In this document: piece after piece, positions 28,662 through 39,034 of the stretch | Layout: each line of letters starts with the position of its first letter | Position numbering within the stretch: position 1 is the stretch's first letter | Source of the DNA: an uncultured Nitrospinaceae bacterium | GTDB taxonomy: Bacteria > UBA8248 | NCBI GenBank assembly: GCA_964005815.1 | Contig: CAXFSR010000036.1 | Location: 1 to 64,000, forward strand | Reading direction: 5' to 3' | Length of the DNA: 64,000 bases | Notes under the pieces: model-generated | The model's input: the letters and a program-made list of their open reading frames with translations, nothing else | The model's database searches: none | What the model was told of the DNA's origin: nothing | Translations under genes and position numbers: made by a program

Positions 28662-29903
28662 TTAATTGTTCTCCCTGATCACTTCATAATTTTCAGAAAT
28701 CAGTCTCTTTACCAGAAACTCCAAATGATCATTTCCTCTAACCTCTAAATAAAGACGTGATAGAGTATGATTTATGGGCACTTGAGTTGAAAATCTATCA
28801 TGCTCTATATGTATAATATTAACTCTCTCCTCAGAAACAATTTGAGAAAGTCTTGTTAGTGCACCAGGAACATCATGAAGAGGAACTTGCAACTTAGCGT
28901 ATCTATTATTCAGTGCAAGACCCTTACCTATAATCCTAGAAAGAAGATTAACATCTAAATTTCCACCACAAATTAACGCAACTGTTTTTCCAGTTGGTTT
29001 AACTTTCTCATCAAACAAAGAAGCCAAAGGAGCGGCGCCAGCAGCTTCTGCTAACATTCTTTCTTCTTCAAGCAAACGTAAAATAGCAGATGCCATCGAG
29101 TCATCTGAAACAGAAATAATCTGATCTGAATTCTCTTGAATAATTGGGAAACAATTCTCTCCTACTTTTTTTACTGCAATACCATCAGCTATAGTAGAAA
29201 TAGATGAAACTTCAACCGAATGACCTTTTTTCATAGATTCTTTTAAAGAGGGGACGCCATCAGCCACGACACCTATGACTTGTGTATCTGGCTTCAATGT
29301 TTTTACTACCGAAATCACTCCAGAAATTAATCCTCCACCCCCAACAGAAACAATTATAGTATCAACATCAGGGACTTGTTCTAAAATTTCTAAGGCAACA
29401 GTTCCCTGTCCAGCTACAACATCGGAATCATCAAAAGGATGAATCATAACTAGTCCTCTTGATGATTCATATTCGCTCGCTCTTGCATATGCGTCATCAA
29501 AAGTTGACCCATATAGTTCTACTTCAGCACCAAGTGCCTTCACTGCGTCTAATTTAGTATTTGGTGTGTATTCAGGCATTACGACAAGGGAATATATGCC
29601 AAGTTGCCTAGCTGCGAAGGCAACACCCTGAGCGTGGTTTCCTGCAGATGCAGTAACTACACCAGATTTCCTTTGATTCTGATCTAACTTACTAATGGCA
29701 TACATAGATCCTCTAGTTTTGAAAGATCCAGTTCTTTGTAGATTCTCTAATTTAAGGTAAAGATCAAAACCAAGCTGTTCTGAAAAGTCTTCACTCAATC
29801 TGCACGGAGTCTTTCTTAAATGTGGTCTTATAACATCAAGAGCAAGGGAAGACTCACTACAAATAGAAGACAAACTAAAAGTATCAGTTTTTTTAGAAAC
29901 CAT
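28662..29903 (-). CDS. ilvA: Threonine ammonia-lyase with a single C-terminal ACT domain
   Basis: KLENLQRTGSFKTRG (PLP lysine), SAGNHAQG, HPFDD, GGGGL, ADGIAV, CGGN, ACT-like DVPGAL. Confidence 0.9.
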   Translation of the reverse strand: MVSKKTDTFSLSSICSESSLALDVIRPHLRKTPCRLSEDFSEQLGFDLYLKLENLQRTGSFKTRGSMYAISKLDQNQRKSGVVTASAGNHAQGVAFAARQLGIYSLVVMPEYTPNTKLDAVKALGAEVELYGSTFDDAYARASEYESSRGLVMIHPFDDSDVVAGQGTVALEILEQVPDVDTIIVSVGGGGLISGVISVVKTLKPDTQVIGVVADGVPSLKESMKKGHSVEVSSISTIADGIAVKKVGENCFPIIQENSDQIISVSDDSMASAILRLLEEERMLAEAAGAAPLASLFDEKVKPTGKTVALICGGNLDVNLLSRIIGKGLALNNRYAKLQVPLHDVPGALTRLSQIVSEERVNIIHIEHDRFSTQVPINHTLSRLYLEVRGNDHLEFLVKRLISENYEVIRENN

Positions 29904-29926
29904 TTAGACCTCAATTTTACATAAAA

Positions 29927-30283
<357 letters not shown>

Positions 30284-30292
30284 AACAAAAAT

Positions 30293-30706
30293 CTAAAACA
30301 TATTACGGTCAATCACTTCATTTACCAATTTATCTGCTTTTTTATTCTCAATTCGATTTACATGAACCACTTGAACATGTTCTAACTTTTCTGCAATAGC
30401 CTTTGCTTCGTCATAAAGACACTTAATAGATAAATTTTTAACCTTATACAAGCCCGACCATTGACGAGCCATTAATTGTGAATCAGTTATAATTTTTACT
30501 CTTTTCGCACCTAAATCTACTGAACGATTTAGAGCTAGCAACAATGCACTATATTCAGCAACATTATTTGTGGCTTGTCCTAAAAAACTTGAGATTTTAT
30601 CTATCAAAACATCATTATTATCATATATCAGTGCAGCAGCACCTGAAGGACCAGGATTACCTCTTGATGCACCATCAGTAAAAATACATAACTCTTCTTG
30701 AATCAA
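30293..30706 (-). CDS. rnhA: Ribonuclease HI family protein
   Basis: TDGASRGNPG, TNNVAEY, TDSQL, NKKAD supply the D-E-D-D catalytic set. Confidence 0.9.
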   Translation of the reverse strand: MIQEELCIFTDGASRGNPGPSGAAALIYDNNDVLIDKISSFLGQATNNVAEYSALLLALNRSVDLGAKRVKIITDSQLMARQWSGLYKVKNLSIKCLYDEAKAIAEKLEHVQVVHVNRIENKKADKLVNEVIDRNMF

Positions 30707-30711
30707 ATCTA

Positions 30712-31470
30712 TTATCTTTGAACCTCATCTTGTGCACTTATGGAAGTTTCTTCTATTTCTGTTTCCTTGTAATATAGAATTCTTCCACAATGGCTACATG
30801 TAAAAATAGAATCTTCAGAATCCCTAATTTCAAAAAACCTTTGGAGTGTCTCAGACATTTTACACCCTTGACAATTCCTCTCAACAATAGGCGAAACAGC
30901 GAGACTCCTTTTTCCTTCTAAAAGTGTTTCGTATAAATTCAACCAATTTTTAGAAATAGTTGAAGATAGATTATTTTTCTCCTCAATAAGATTGTTCAAC
31001 TCCTCTTCATAGCTTTTTTTCTTGGAATTAAGTTCTTCTATTTTAACGCTCACCTTCTGACCTTCAACTTTCAATTCACTTTCTACGTCTCTTATCTTTT
31101 CCTGCAAATCTGGTAAAATCTCTAACTTTTCAAGTAAAGACTCTTCTATTAAATCAATTTTTTTCTTGTCATTCTCTATCTCATTACTCAAAGCATTATA
31201 CTCATTATTAGTTTTAACCATCGCTTGTTTCGAACGGGCTTCTTTCAATTTTTCGTTCAACATTTGAATTTGTCCTTCGAAATCTTTCTGAGCTTTTTCT
31301 GCAATTGAAACCTCTTCTTGAACTTCTTTCATCTTATTATCAAACACGACCAAAGTTTCATTCTGTTCATCAACTTGTTCAGGAATTTGATTGATCAATT
31401 CATTCAATTTATAAATTTTAGAATCTATAGATTGTAAGTTAACAAGAGCTGACAACTCTAAATTTTTCAA
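30712..31470 (-). CDS. Coiled-coil protein with C-terminal C4 zinc ribbon (CT398/HP0958-like)
   Basis: LVNLQSID, long coiled coil with VKTNNEYNAL, CQGC...CSHCGRILY. TTG 31470 has GGAGG 7 nt upstream (ORF track extends to 31491). Confidence 0.88.
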   Translation of the reverse strand: MKNLELSALVNLQSIDSKIYKLNELINQIPEQVDEQNETLVVFDNKMKEVQEEVSIAEKAQKDFEGQIQMLNEKLKEARSKQAMVKTNNEYNALSNEIENDKKKIDLIEESLLEKLEILPDLQEKIRDVESELKVEGQKVSVKIEELNSKKKSYEEELNNLIEEKNNLSSTISKNWLNLYETLLEGKRSLAVSPIVERNCQGCKMSETLQRFFEIRDSEDSIFTCSHCGRILYYKETEIEETSISAQDEVQR

Positions 31471-31501
31471 CGCAAAACCTCCAAATCTCAAAAATTTATT
31501 A

Positions 31502-31576
31502 TGGTGGGCCCACTTGGATTCGAACCAAGAACCAACCGGTTATGAGCCGGACGCTCCACCATTGAGCTATGGGCCC
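31502..31576 (-). tRNA. tRNA with CAU anticodon, probably tRNA-Ile2 (lysidine-modified)
   Basis: GGGCCCATAGCTCAATGGTGGAGCGTCCGGCTCATAACCGGTTGGTTCTTGGTTCGAATCCAAGTGGGCCCACCA. Anticodon CAT. The paired G1 acceptor stem and lack of the initiator GGG/CCC anticodon stem rule out fMet; the position after rpoD is typical of Ile2. Confidence 0.9.
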
Positions 31577-31637
31577 AATATTTGCATACTTCGATGCAAG
31601 GACAAGATTGATTTAAATTCTTTTAAAAAGAAACTTT

Positions 31638-33476
31638 CTAATTTTCATCAATAAAACTTTTTAGTCTTTTACTCCTATTAGGGTGACGCAGTTTTCTAAG
31701 AGCTTTAGCCTCTATTTGTCTAATTCTCTCGCGAGTAACACTAAAATCATGACCAACCTCTTCTAAGGTATGCTCATTTTCTTTTCCAATACCAAATCTT
31801 TTACGAAGAACCTTCTCTTCTCTTGGAGTCAGCGTTTGCAACACCTCTTGAGTCTGCTCACTCAAACTTACCTTTACAACTGATTCTTGAGGTGAAACCG
31901 CTTTTCTATCTTCTATAAAATCGCCTAAACTGCTATCTTCTTCTTCACCAATTGGAGTCTCTAGACTGATAGGTTCCTTTGCAATTTTGAGAACCTTTCT
32001 TACCTTATCAAGAGGTAAATCCATTTCTTTTGAGATTTCTTCAGGAAATGGCTCACGACCTAATTTCTGCACAAGCAAACGGGATGTACGTATCAATTTA
32101 TTTATTGTTTCAATCATATGAACAGGAATACGTATCGTTCTTGCCTGATCAGCAATAGCTCTTGTGATTGCCTGACGAATCCACCAAGTCGCATAAGTAC
32201 TAAATTTATAACCTCTCTTATACTCAAACTTATCGACAGCCTTCATTAATCCAATATTTCCCTCTTGAATCAGATCCAAAAATTGCAATCCACGATTTGT
32301 GTATTTCTTCGCAATACTTACTACCAGACGTAAATTTGCTTCTGCTAGTTCTTTCTTCGCACGTTGATCTTTTCTACGTCCCCTACGAATCATTTTAACT
32401 GAATTTTCTAATTCTTCACGGGACGCACCAGCTTCATTTTCCATTTCCTTTACTTCTTTTCTGATCTTTTTAATTCTACGGCCATATTCAGCAAGAATAC
32501 TTATTGGAATTTTTTTATCTCCAACATAATTAACTTTCTTTGCTCCATTTTTTACATTTTTTCGCAAATAGGAGCGTATCTCAGATTCTTCTAAACCAAC
32601 TTGATCTAAATACCCATTAATTTCTTTCTCGTGTTTATGTACCTTAGCCACGAAAAAACTAACTCTATCTGCAATAGAGTCCACTTGTTCAGGTCTTAAA
32701 TTCATTAAGCGAATTATCTCAGCAACTTTATCAAGGGATTTTTTGTGCAAAACAGGATCTGCTGTAGCGATATTCTTAGTTTCTATTTTCTTGAGCTGAG
32801 TTTTCAATCTTCTTGTTAAAGAAAGAAATTTCTTCTTCTCTTCTTCATGATCATTCTCTTCTTCTGATTCATCTTCATCTTCAGTAGACTGTCTACTAAT
32901 TGAAACAAGTTTCGCAACAGAGATATCTCCATTTTCAAGCTTCTTTCCAAGTTCTAAAACCATATCTATAGCAACTGGAGTAGAAACCGTCGCAAGACTT
33001 ACTTCTAACTGTCCCTCTTCAATTCTTTTTGCAATCTCTATTTCACCCTCTCTACCTAATAGAGGAATTTGTCCCATTTCTCTTAGATACATACGCATAG
33101 GATCATCTGTTCTGCCATACGTAGAATCGTCAAAAGAAGAAATAGCTTCCGAAGTAGTACGTTCTCTTTGACTTGATTTTAAATTACTTGGGGTCTCGGT
33201 CTGGGTTTCAGATCCTTTCTTTTCGCTCAAACGTTCTTCAGCCGAAGAAGGATCAAGGACTTCAATATCCATTTCATTAAACATAACCATGATGTCATCT
33301 ATTGCTTCAGGAGAATTCACATCTGCGGGCAACACATCGTTTACCTCATCATAAGTAAGAAAACCCTTCTCTTGGCCTTGTGCAATAAGATCTTTAACTT
33401 CTTTTTGAGTAACTTTTTGTTTCTTAATACTCTTCTTTACTTTAGGATCAGCAGATTTCTTAGTTCGCTGTGCCAA
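31638..33476 (-). CDS. rpoD: RNA polymerase primary sigma factor
   Basis: Region 1.1 ([10 protein letters not shown]), [63 protein letters not shown] start with AAGGAG SD. Confidence 0.99.
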   Translation of the reverse strand: MAQRTKKSADPKVKKSIKKQKVTQKEVKDLIAQGQEKGFLTYDEVNDVLPADVNSPEAIDDIMVMFNEMDIEVLDPSSAEERLSEKKGSETQTETPSNLKSSQRERTTSEAISSFDDSTYGRTDDPMRMYLREMGQIPLLGREGEIEIAKRIEEGQLEVSLATVSTPVAIDMVLELGKKLENGDISVAKLVSISRQSTEDEDESEEENDHEEEKKKFLSLTRRLKTQLKKIETKNIATADPVLHKKSLDKVAEIIRLMNLRPEQVDSIADRVSFFVAKVHKHEKEINGYLDQVGLEESEIRSYLRKNVKNGAKKVNYVGDKKIPISILAEYGRRIKKIRKEVKEMENEAGASREELENSVKMIRRGRRKDQRAKKELAEANLRLVVSIAKKYTNRGLQFLDLIQEGNIGLMKAVDKFEYKRGYKFSTYATWWIRQAITRAIADQARTIRIPVHMIETINKLIRTSRLLVQKLGREPFPEEISKEMDLPLDKVRKVLKIAKEPISLETPIGEEEDSSLGDFIEDRKAVSPQESVVKVSLSEQTQEVLQTLTPREEKVLRKRFGIGKENEHTLEEVGHDFSVTRERIRQIEAKALRKLRHPNRSKRLKSFIDEN

Positions 33477-33529
33477 TTTTAACTCCTTATGTTGGAATCT
33501 AAGAAAAACCTAAATTTAATTTCAAAACT

Positions 33530-35413
33530 CTAGGATAAAATATCTTTTTGTTTCTTCTTCAGCAACTTATTTTTCTGCTCTAACAAACTCCATAAAACTT
33601 CTGAATTATCGCCATTTTCTCTAGATACATTATAAATTTCTTTGTTGAATTTTTCTTGCTCACGTCGTAATTTTATTTCTTTAAGACGAGACAAACAATC
33701 CAAAAAATCTTCCCGATTTATTTCATCGACCAACTGAGATGAAGATAACTCAATAACCAGTGAGCGCGCAACTTCATCATCTAAATGATCTAACAAAGAC
33801 GCAGCATTGATTTCAATACCCTTTTTTGAAGCAACTAGCAAATCAGTCAATATAGTTTTAACCGTTGGATCTGAAAAAAAAGATACGTCAATAGTATCCA
33901 AATCAACAAATTCAGGTTTATGCAACAATAATTCCAAAAAGTCTACCTCTATTTTAGGTAGTTTTTTCTTAACATCAACGAGATCAATTGAATTACTGCT
34001 CTCAGAAGGAATTTTTCGTTTTTCAAGTCTTCTATTAAGCATTGCAGATAAAGTAGGATACGGAACACCAAGACGAACCTCTAAAAGAGAAAAAAACTGT
34101 TCTCTCACACTACGATGACTAGCAGCAAGAAGGGGAATAATTTTATCAACTGCATCCATTTTTTTTGACTGAGAGGAACTTATATGAACATCATCTAACG
34201 ACATTCTAACAGTCCTTTCAAGCAATCCTTCGGAAGAAGAAAGTAATTTTTCGAATTTTTCTTTACCTTTAGTTCTCAAAAAGTCATCTACATCTAATTT
34301 GTCTGGCAGAGCAACTACTCTAATATCTACTGAACCCGCATCTTTATTGTTAATAAAATCTTCCCCTAAAATTTGATTCGACAAAAGTCCTTTTGGCACA
34401 AAAGAAAGATTCATAGCATTCCCCACGAGATAACCAGCTTTTTCGGATGCAGCCTGTCCCGCCTCATCAGGATCAAAAACAAAAACAAATTCTTCAACTT
34501 GAGACCTCAAAATACGAAGATGTTCTTGAGTAAAAGCTGTACCTAATGTTGCGACTGCAAAATCAAATCCACTCTGAAACAAAGAAATCACATCAAAATA
34601 ACCCTCAACTATGATTACTTTCTTGTTAGCTCTCATTTTTTTTCTAGCAAAATTAAGCCCATACATTGTACGAGATTTTTTGAAAACTATCGTTTCAGGT
34701 GAGTTAAGATATTTTGCCCCCTCTGTTTTACTTTCTGAATCAGGCAATAAACGTCCGCCAAAAGCAATAGGATTATTCGCATAATCAAAAATTGGGAAAA
34801 TAATCCTGTTTCTAAAACGATCATAAAATCCTTTTTCCCCATCTCTTTTTGAGACCAATCCCGCTTTTTCAAGCTCTTCTTGAGAAACTCCCCTCTTTCC
34901 AAGAGCTTTCAAAAGAGAATCCCACTTATTCGGAGCATAGCCTATTTGAAAGTAATCTTTTGTTTCTTCTTTTATACAACGATTAACCAAATAATCTCTT
35001 GCTCTACTTCCAATTTGATGTTTCAAGACTCCTTGAAAAAAATCTAGAGCTAATTTATTGATTTCAATTATTCTGTCTCTTTCCTTAACAATATTTTCAT
35101 TATTATTTTTATCTAAATAACGTGAAATATCTATTCCTTGTCTACTTGCTAGCAATTGAACAGATTCAATAAAACTCATATTTTCATGTAGCATTAAAAA
35201 TTTAAAAACATTTCCGCCTTTGTTACAGCCAAAACATTTAAAAATCCCTTGTGTTGGATTGACACTAAAGGACGGAGTTTTTTCATCATGGAATGGGCAT
35301 AAACCTTTAAAACTTGTTCCCGCCTTCTTTAGTGAAACATATTCACCAATCACTTGTTCTATTGGAATAGATACTCGTATTTCATCAATTATATTTTCAG
35401 GAATGAGACTCAA
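33530..35413 (-). CDS. dnaG: DNA primase
   Basis: CPFH...CFGC zinc finger, DRFRNRIIFPI, KYLNSPET, VEGYFDV, FDPDEAG. TTG start with GGAGG SD. Confidence 0.98.
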   Translation of the reverse strand: MSLIPENIIDEIRVSIPIEQVIGEYVSLKKAGTSFKGLCPFHDEKTPSFSVNPTQGIFKCFGCNKGGNVFKFLMLHENMSFIESVQLLASRQGIDISRYLDKNNNENIVKERDRIIEINKLALDFFQGVLKHQIGSRARDYLVNRCIKEETKDYFQIGYAPNKWDSLLKALGKRGVSQEELEKAGLVSKRDGEKGFYDRFRNRIIFPIFDYANNPIAFGGRLLPDSESKTEGAKYLNSPETIVFKKSRTMYGLNFARKKMRANKKVIIVEGYFDVISLFQSGFDFAVATLGTAFTQEHLRILRSQVEEFVFVFDPDEAGQAASEKAGYLVGNAMNLSFVPKGLLSNQILGEDFINNKDAGSVDIRVVALPDKLDVDDFLRTKGKEKFEKLLSSSEGLLERTVRMSLDDVHISSSQSKKMDAVDKIIPLLAASHRSVREQFFSLLEVRLGVPYPTLSAMLNRRLEKRKIPSESSNSIDLVDVKKKLPKIEVDFLELLLHKPEFVDLDTIDVSFFSDPTVKTILTDLLVASKKGIEINAASLLDHLDDEVARSLVIELSSSQLVDEINREDFLDCLSRLKEIKLRREQEKFNKEIYNVSRENGDNSEVLWSLLEQKNKLLKKKQKDILS

Positions 35414-35472
35414 ATAAACCTCCGATTATCTTTCTTTTCCGCAACAAATTAAATCATTTAATACTTGAGGAA

Positions 35473-35481
35473 ATTATAACA
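35473..35481 (-). promoter_or_regulatory. Putative extended -10 promoter for dnaG-rpoD
   Basis: Minus strand TGTTATAAT (TGn + TATAAT) in the hisIE-dnaG spacer. Confidence 0.5.
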
Positions 35482-35494
35482 AATCGGACTATGA

Positions 35495-36160
35495 CTATCT
35501 CTCAGATTCGCTTCTTCCACCTTTGCCAAATCTTTCAGCTAATTTTGACAAAATTTCTCCAGGGGGTATTTCACTAGCTACCATCGCAACTAATAGATGA
35601 AACCATAGGTCACCCATTTCTTCAATAATTTCATCTCGTTCAGAATCCATCAAAGCGATAACAACTTCGGACGCTTCCTCTCCTACTTTCTTTGCGATCC
35701 TGCCTTTACCTTTAGAAAACAATCTAGCCACATAACTTTCATCTAAATTTCCTGTTTTTTTTCTTTCTTCAATTAATTTATAAATAGATTCTAAAAAATT
35801 ATGATTGTATAAAAACTCTCCAGTAACTTCCTTCGAAAGAATTTCATTAAAAAAACAGGACATTCTATTCGTATGACAAGCCGGTCCATTTGGAGAAACT
35901 AAAAAAAGGATAGAGTCGAGATCACAATCCAAACTTACAGATTCAAGATTTAAAAAATTTCCTGAAGTTTCACCTTTTTCCCAGATTTTTTTTCGTGACC
36001 GGGACCAAAAATGGACTCTTTTCTTCTCCATAGTTAGAGACAATGATTCTAAATTAACCCATGCCATCATAAGTATCTGTCCAGTAGATACATCTTGACA
36101 AATAGCAGGCATCAATCCATCTTCATCCCATTTAATTTTTGAAAAAAGTTCATTTTTCAC
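35495..36160 (-). CDS. hisIE: Bifunctional phosphoribosyl-AMP cyclohydrolase/phosphoribosyl-ATP pyrophosphatase
   Basis: WSRSR, KGETSGN, DCDLD, ACHT...SCF, followed by SYVARL and KVGEEA. Confidence 0.96.
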   Translation of the reverse strand: MKNELFSKIKWDEDGLMPAICQDVSTGQILMMAWVNLESLSLTMEKKRVHFWSRSRKKIWEKGETSGNFLNLESVSLDCDLDSILFLVSPNGPACHTNRMSCFFNEILSKEVTGEFLYNHNFLESIYKLIEERKKTGNLDESYVARLFSKGKGRIAKKVGEEASEVVIALMDSERDEIIEEMGDLWFHLLVAMVASEIPPGEILSKLAERFGKGGRSESER

Positions 36161-36924
36161 ATTCTTACCTCTACATTTTTTGCTCTAAGAAAATTCTTAG
36201 CTTCTTGGATAGAGTAATCTTCAAAATGAAAGATACTAGCAGCAAGTACTGCATTTGCTCCAGCTTTATTTAAACCCTCGTAAAAATGTTCTAAGTTTCC
36301 AACTCCACCTGAAGCTATAACTGGAACAGGAACCTGCTCAACAACGGAACTCGTCAATTGAATATCATATCCATTTTTAGTCCCATCTCGATCCATACTA
36401 GTTAAAAGAATCTCTCCTGCACCAAGCTCTGAAGCTTTTGAAGCCCACTCTAAAACATCTAGACCGGTTGTCCTTGACCCCCCATGGGAAAAAACTTCCC
36501 ATTTATTTTTTTTTTCAGAAGAAACACTTTTTGCATCTATTGCACAAACAATTGTCGAACTACCAAAACGACCAGCAGATTCTTCTAAGATTTTTGGATT
36601 ACTCAGTGCCGCACTATTAATACTAACTTTATCAGCTCCTGCACGGAGTAATAATCCAACATCCTCCACACTTCTAACTCCACCGCCTACTGTAAGAGGC
36701 ACAAATACCTCTTTTGCTGTCCTCTCAACTACTTTGAGCAATGTTCCTCTTTCTTCCTGAGATGCAGTAATATCAAGAAAACATATTTCGTCAGCTCCCA
36801 TATCATAATAAGCTTTTGCGCAACTAACTGGATCTCCTGCATCGCGAAGACTTTTAAAACGTACTCCTTTCACAACTCTTCCGTTTTTGACATCTAGACA
36901 AGGGATTATTCGTTTAGCTAACAA
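36157..36924 (-). CDS. hisF: Imidazole glycerol phosphate synthase, cyclase subunit
   Basis: [45 protein letters not shown]. Confidence 0.98.
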   Translation of the reverse strand: MLAKRIIPCLDVKNGRVVKGVRFKSLRDAGDPVSCAKAYYDMGADEICFLDITASQEERGTLLKVVERTAKEVFVPLTVGGGVRSVEDVGLLLRAGADKVSINSAALSNPKILEESAGRFGSSTIVCAIDAKSVSSEKKNKWEVFSHGGSRTTGLDVLEWASKASELGAGEILLTSMDRDGTKNGYDIQLTSSVVEQVPVPVIASGGVGNLEHFYEGLNKAGANAVLAASIFHFEDYSIQEAKNFLRAKNVEVRM

Positions 36925-37643
36925 TTTATTATTTCCAATGCTTCTTTAAAATCTAATGTTTTCTCGTAAAGTGCTCGTCCAACTACAACACCAATCAACC
37001 CTCTCGAAAACAGAGGCAAGGCATTCTTAATATCTTCAATGTTTGTAATTCCACCTGCAGCAATAACAGATTTTCCCGATTTTTCTGCTACACGAAGAGA
37101 AAGACTGGAATCAAAACCTTCAAGCATTCCATCCCGGCTAATATCAGTAATAATAAAATTTGCCAGCGGGACTTCTAAAAAATTTTCAGCAAGTTTTTCT
37201 GGGGTTATCTTCCATTTGGATTTCCAACCAGAAACTCTAACCTGATCATTTAAGGAATCAATACTTAGGATAACTTGTTCAGCATATTGGTTCGCAACAC
37301 TTTTCACAAATTCTGGATTTTCAACTGCAGTTGTCCCCAAAATCACGAAACTCGCACCCGAATCTATAACTAATTTCAAGGCTTCTTCATTTCGAATTCC
37401 ACCACCAAACTGAATCGGAATATTTATTTCCTTTGCAATTGAAGAAAGAACATCAATATGGACAGGCCTTCCCTCCATAGCACCATCAAGATCAATTAGA
37501 TGGAGGCGAGTAGCTCCCTGTTCTACCCAATGTAAAGCCATACTAACAGGGTCAGAATCATAAATTATTTCTCGATCTGCTTCTCCTTGAATCAGTCTTA
37601 CACATTTTCCACCCTTAAGATCTACAGCAGGTATAATCTGCAC
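36918..37643 (-). CDS. hisA: ProFAR isomerase
   Basis: [44 protein letters not shown]. Confidence 0.97.
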   Translation of the reverse strand: MQIIPAVDLKGGKCVRLIQGEADREIIYDSDPVSMALHWVEQGATRLHLIDLDGAMEGRPVHIDVLSSIAKEINIPIQFGGGIRNEEALKLVIDSGASFVILGTTAVENPEFVKSVANQYAEQVILSIDSLNDQVRVSGWKSKWKITPEKLAENFLEVPLANFIITDISRDGMLEGFDSSLSLRVAEKSGKSVIAAGGITNIEDIKNALPLFSRGLIGVVVGRALYEKTLDFKEALEIINC

Positions 37644-37660
37644 CTTATCCTCAATTAAAA

Positions 37661-38308
37661 TTAGTTTTTATCACAAAAAGAAATAAAATTTTCAAGTATC
37701 TTCAAACCCTTCATCCCACTCTTTTCAGGATGAAACTGTGTCGCAAAAACATTTTCTTTTTGAACACTCGCCACAAAAGTAATGCCATAATCAGAAAAAG
37801 AAGTAACATGTGAAGATAGGACTGGTGCATCCTCTATATAAAAAGAGTGTACAAAATAAAAATAATCTGACTCCCTAACTTCCTTAAGTATACAACAAGG
37901 GTTATTCAATCGTATTTGATTCCATCCCATATGCGGCACCTTTAGGACAAAACAATCTTTTTTATCAAAAGATTGTGGGAACCTTCTAACTGTACCTTCA
38001 AAAATTCCTAATCCCTCTGTGTTACCGAATTCTTCACTTTCTTGAAAAAGTACTTGTAATCCCAAACAAATTCCTAAGAAAGGAACTCCTTTCTTTATAA
38101 CCTTTACGATTGCTTCTGCTAAATTAAAATTATGCAAAGCACGCATACATTCTGGGAATCCTCCAACTCCCGGCAAAATAACTCCTCGAGCATTATCTAG
38201 ATCCGAAGCTTTAGAACTCATTAGATAATCCGTATCGATATGACCTAATGCATTCTTAACACTAAGCATATTTCCCATTTCATAATCGACAACTAGGATC
38301 TTTGACAT
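37661..38308 (-). CDS. hisH: Imidazole glycerol phosphate synthase, glutaminase subunit
   Basis: DYEMGN, LPGVG, GICLGLQ, VPHMGWN, YFVHS, QFHPEKS. Confidence 0.97.
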   Translation of the reverse strand: MSKILVVDYEMGNMLSVKNALGHIDTDYLMSSKASDLDNARGVILPGVGGFPECMRALHNFNLAEAIVKVIKKGVPFLGICLGLQVLFQESEEFGNTEGLGIFEGTVRRFPQSFDKKDCFVLKVPHMGWNQIRLNNPCCILKEVRESDYFYFVHSFYIEDAPVLSSHVTSFSDYGITFVASVQKENVFATQFHPEKSGMKGLKILENFISFCDKN

Positions 38309-38326
38309 TTCGACTCAATTTTTAAA

Positions 38327-38932
38327 TTAGAACATAGAACCTTTTGTACTAGGAACTCCATCAGATTTCTCATCTATCGACAAAGCCATTCTCAATGCTC
38401 TAGCAAAGCCTTTAAAAATACATTCAATCATGTGGTGAGAATTAAATCCATAACTCACTTCAATATGTAGATCTATCTTTGCATGATTAGAAAGTGACCA
38501 GAAAAATTCTTGAACCAAAGAAGTATCGAATTCTCCAACCTGAGAATCTGGAAATTTTCCCTTAAAGACAAGATTCCCTCTTCCTACTGAGTCTATGCAA
38601 ACAGAAGCACAAGAATCCATCATTGGAATCTTAACATCAGCATAACGAGTAATACCTGAGCGTTCTCCCAATGACTCAGACAAAGCTTGACCTAACAAAA
38701 TGCCAACATCCTCAACCGTGTGATGCCCATCAACCTCTAAATCTCCCTTTCCAACAATCTCCAGATCTATCATCCCATGTTTAGCAACTTGGGAAAGCAT
38801 ATGATCAAAAAAACCTATGCCAGTATTAATTTCTGAAGTCCCTTTCCCATCAATGCAAACATAAATATCAAATGTAGTCTCTTTAGTGGCTCTACTGACC
38901 GTTGCTTTTCTTCTCTGGCTACTATTAAGCAA
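38327..38932 (-). CDS. hisB: Imidazoleglycerol-phosphate dehydratase (monofunctional)
   Basis: RATKET, TGIGFFDHML, DGHHTVED, NSHHMIE, PSTKG. TTG 38932 follows GGAGG (ORF track extends to 38947). Confidence 0.96.
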   Translation of the reverse strand: MLNSSQRRKATVSRATKETTFDIYVCIDGKGTSEINTGIGFFDHMLSQVAKHGMIDLEIVGKGDLEVDGHHTVEDVGILLGQALSESLGERSGITRYADVKIPMMDSCASVCIDSVGRGNLVFKGKFPDSQVGEFDTSLVQEFFWSLSNHAKIDLHIEVSYGFNSHHMIECIFKGFARALRMALSIDEKSDGVPSTKGSMF

Positions 38933-39034
38933 TTTTTTTCCTCCCAAAGAAACAAAACTTAAACTTTATTAATCATACAGAAAATGACATACAAAATAAA
39001 AAACAATTAAATTTAGAACTAGTAATTGTCTTCT

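Noticed and set aside
28655..28670. ZTP riboswitch upstream of purH
   Set aside because: purH starts 1 nt after the ilvA stop, leaving no leader.
31502..31576. Calling the CAU tRNA initiator tRNA-fMet
   Set aside because: It has a paired G1-C72 and lacks the three consecutive G-C pairs in the anticodon stem. Elongator Met is not fully excluded, but Ile2 fits better.
34330..34436. DnaG insertion as a mini-intein
   Set aside because: Far too short, and it lacks the N-terminal Cys/Ser and C-terminal His-Asn splice motifs.
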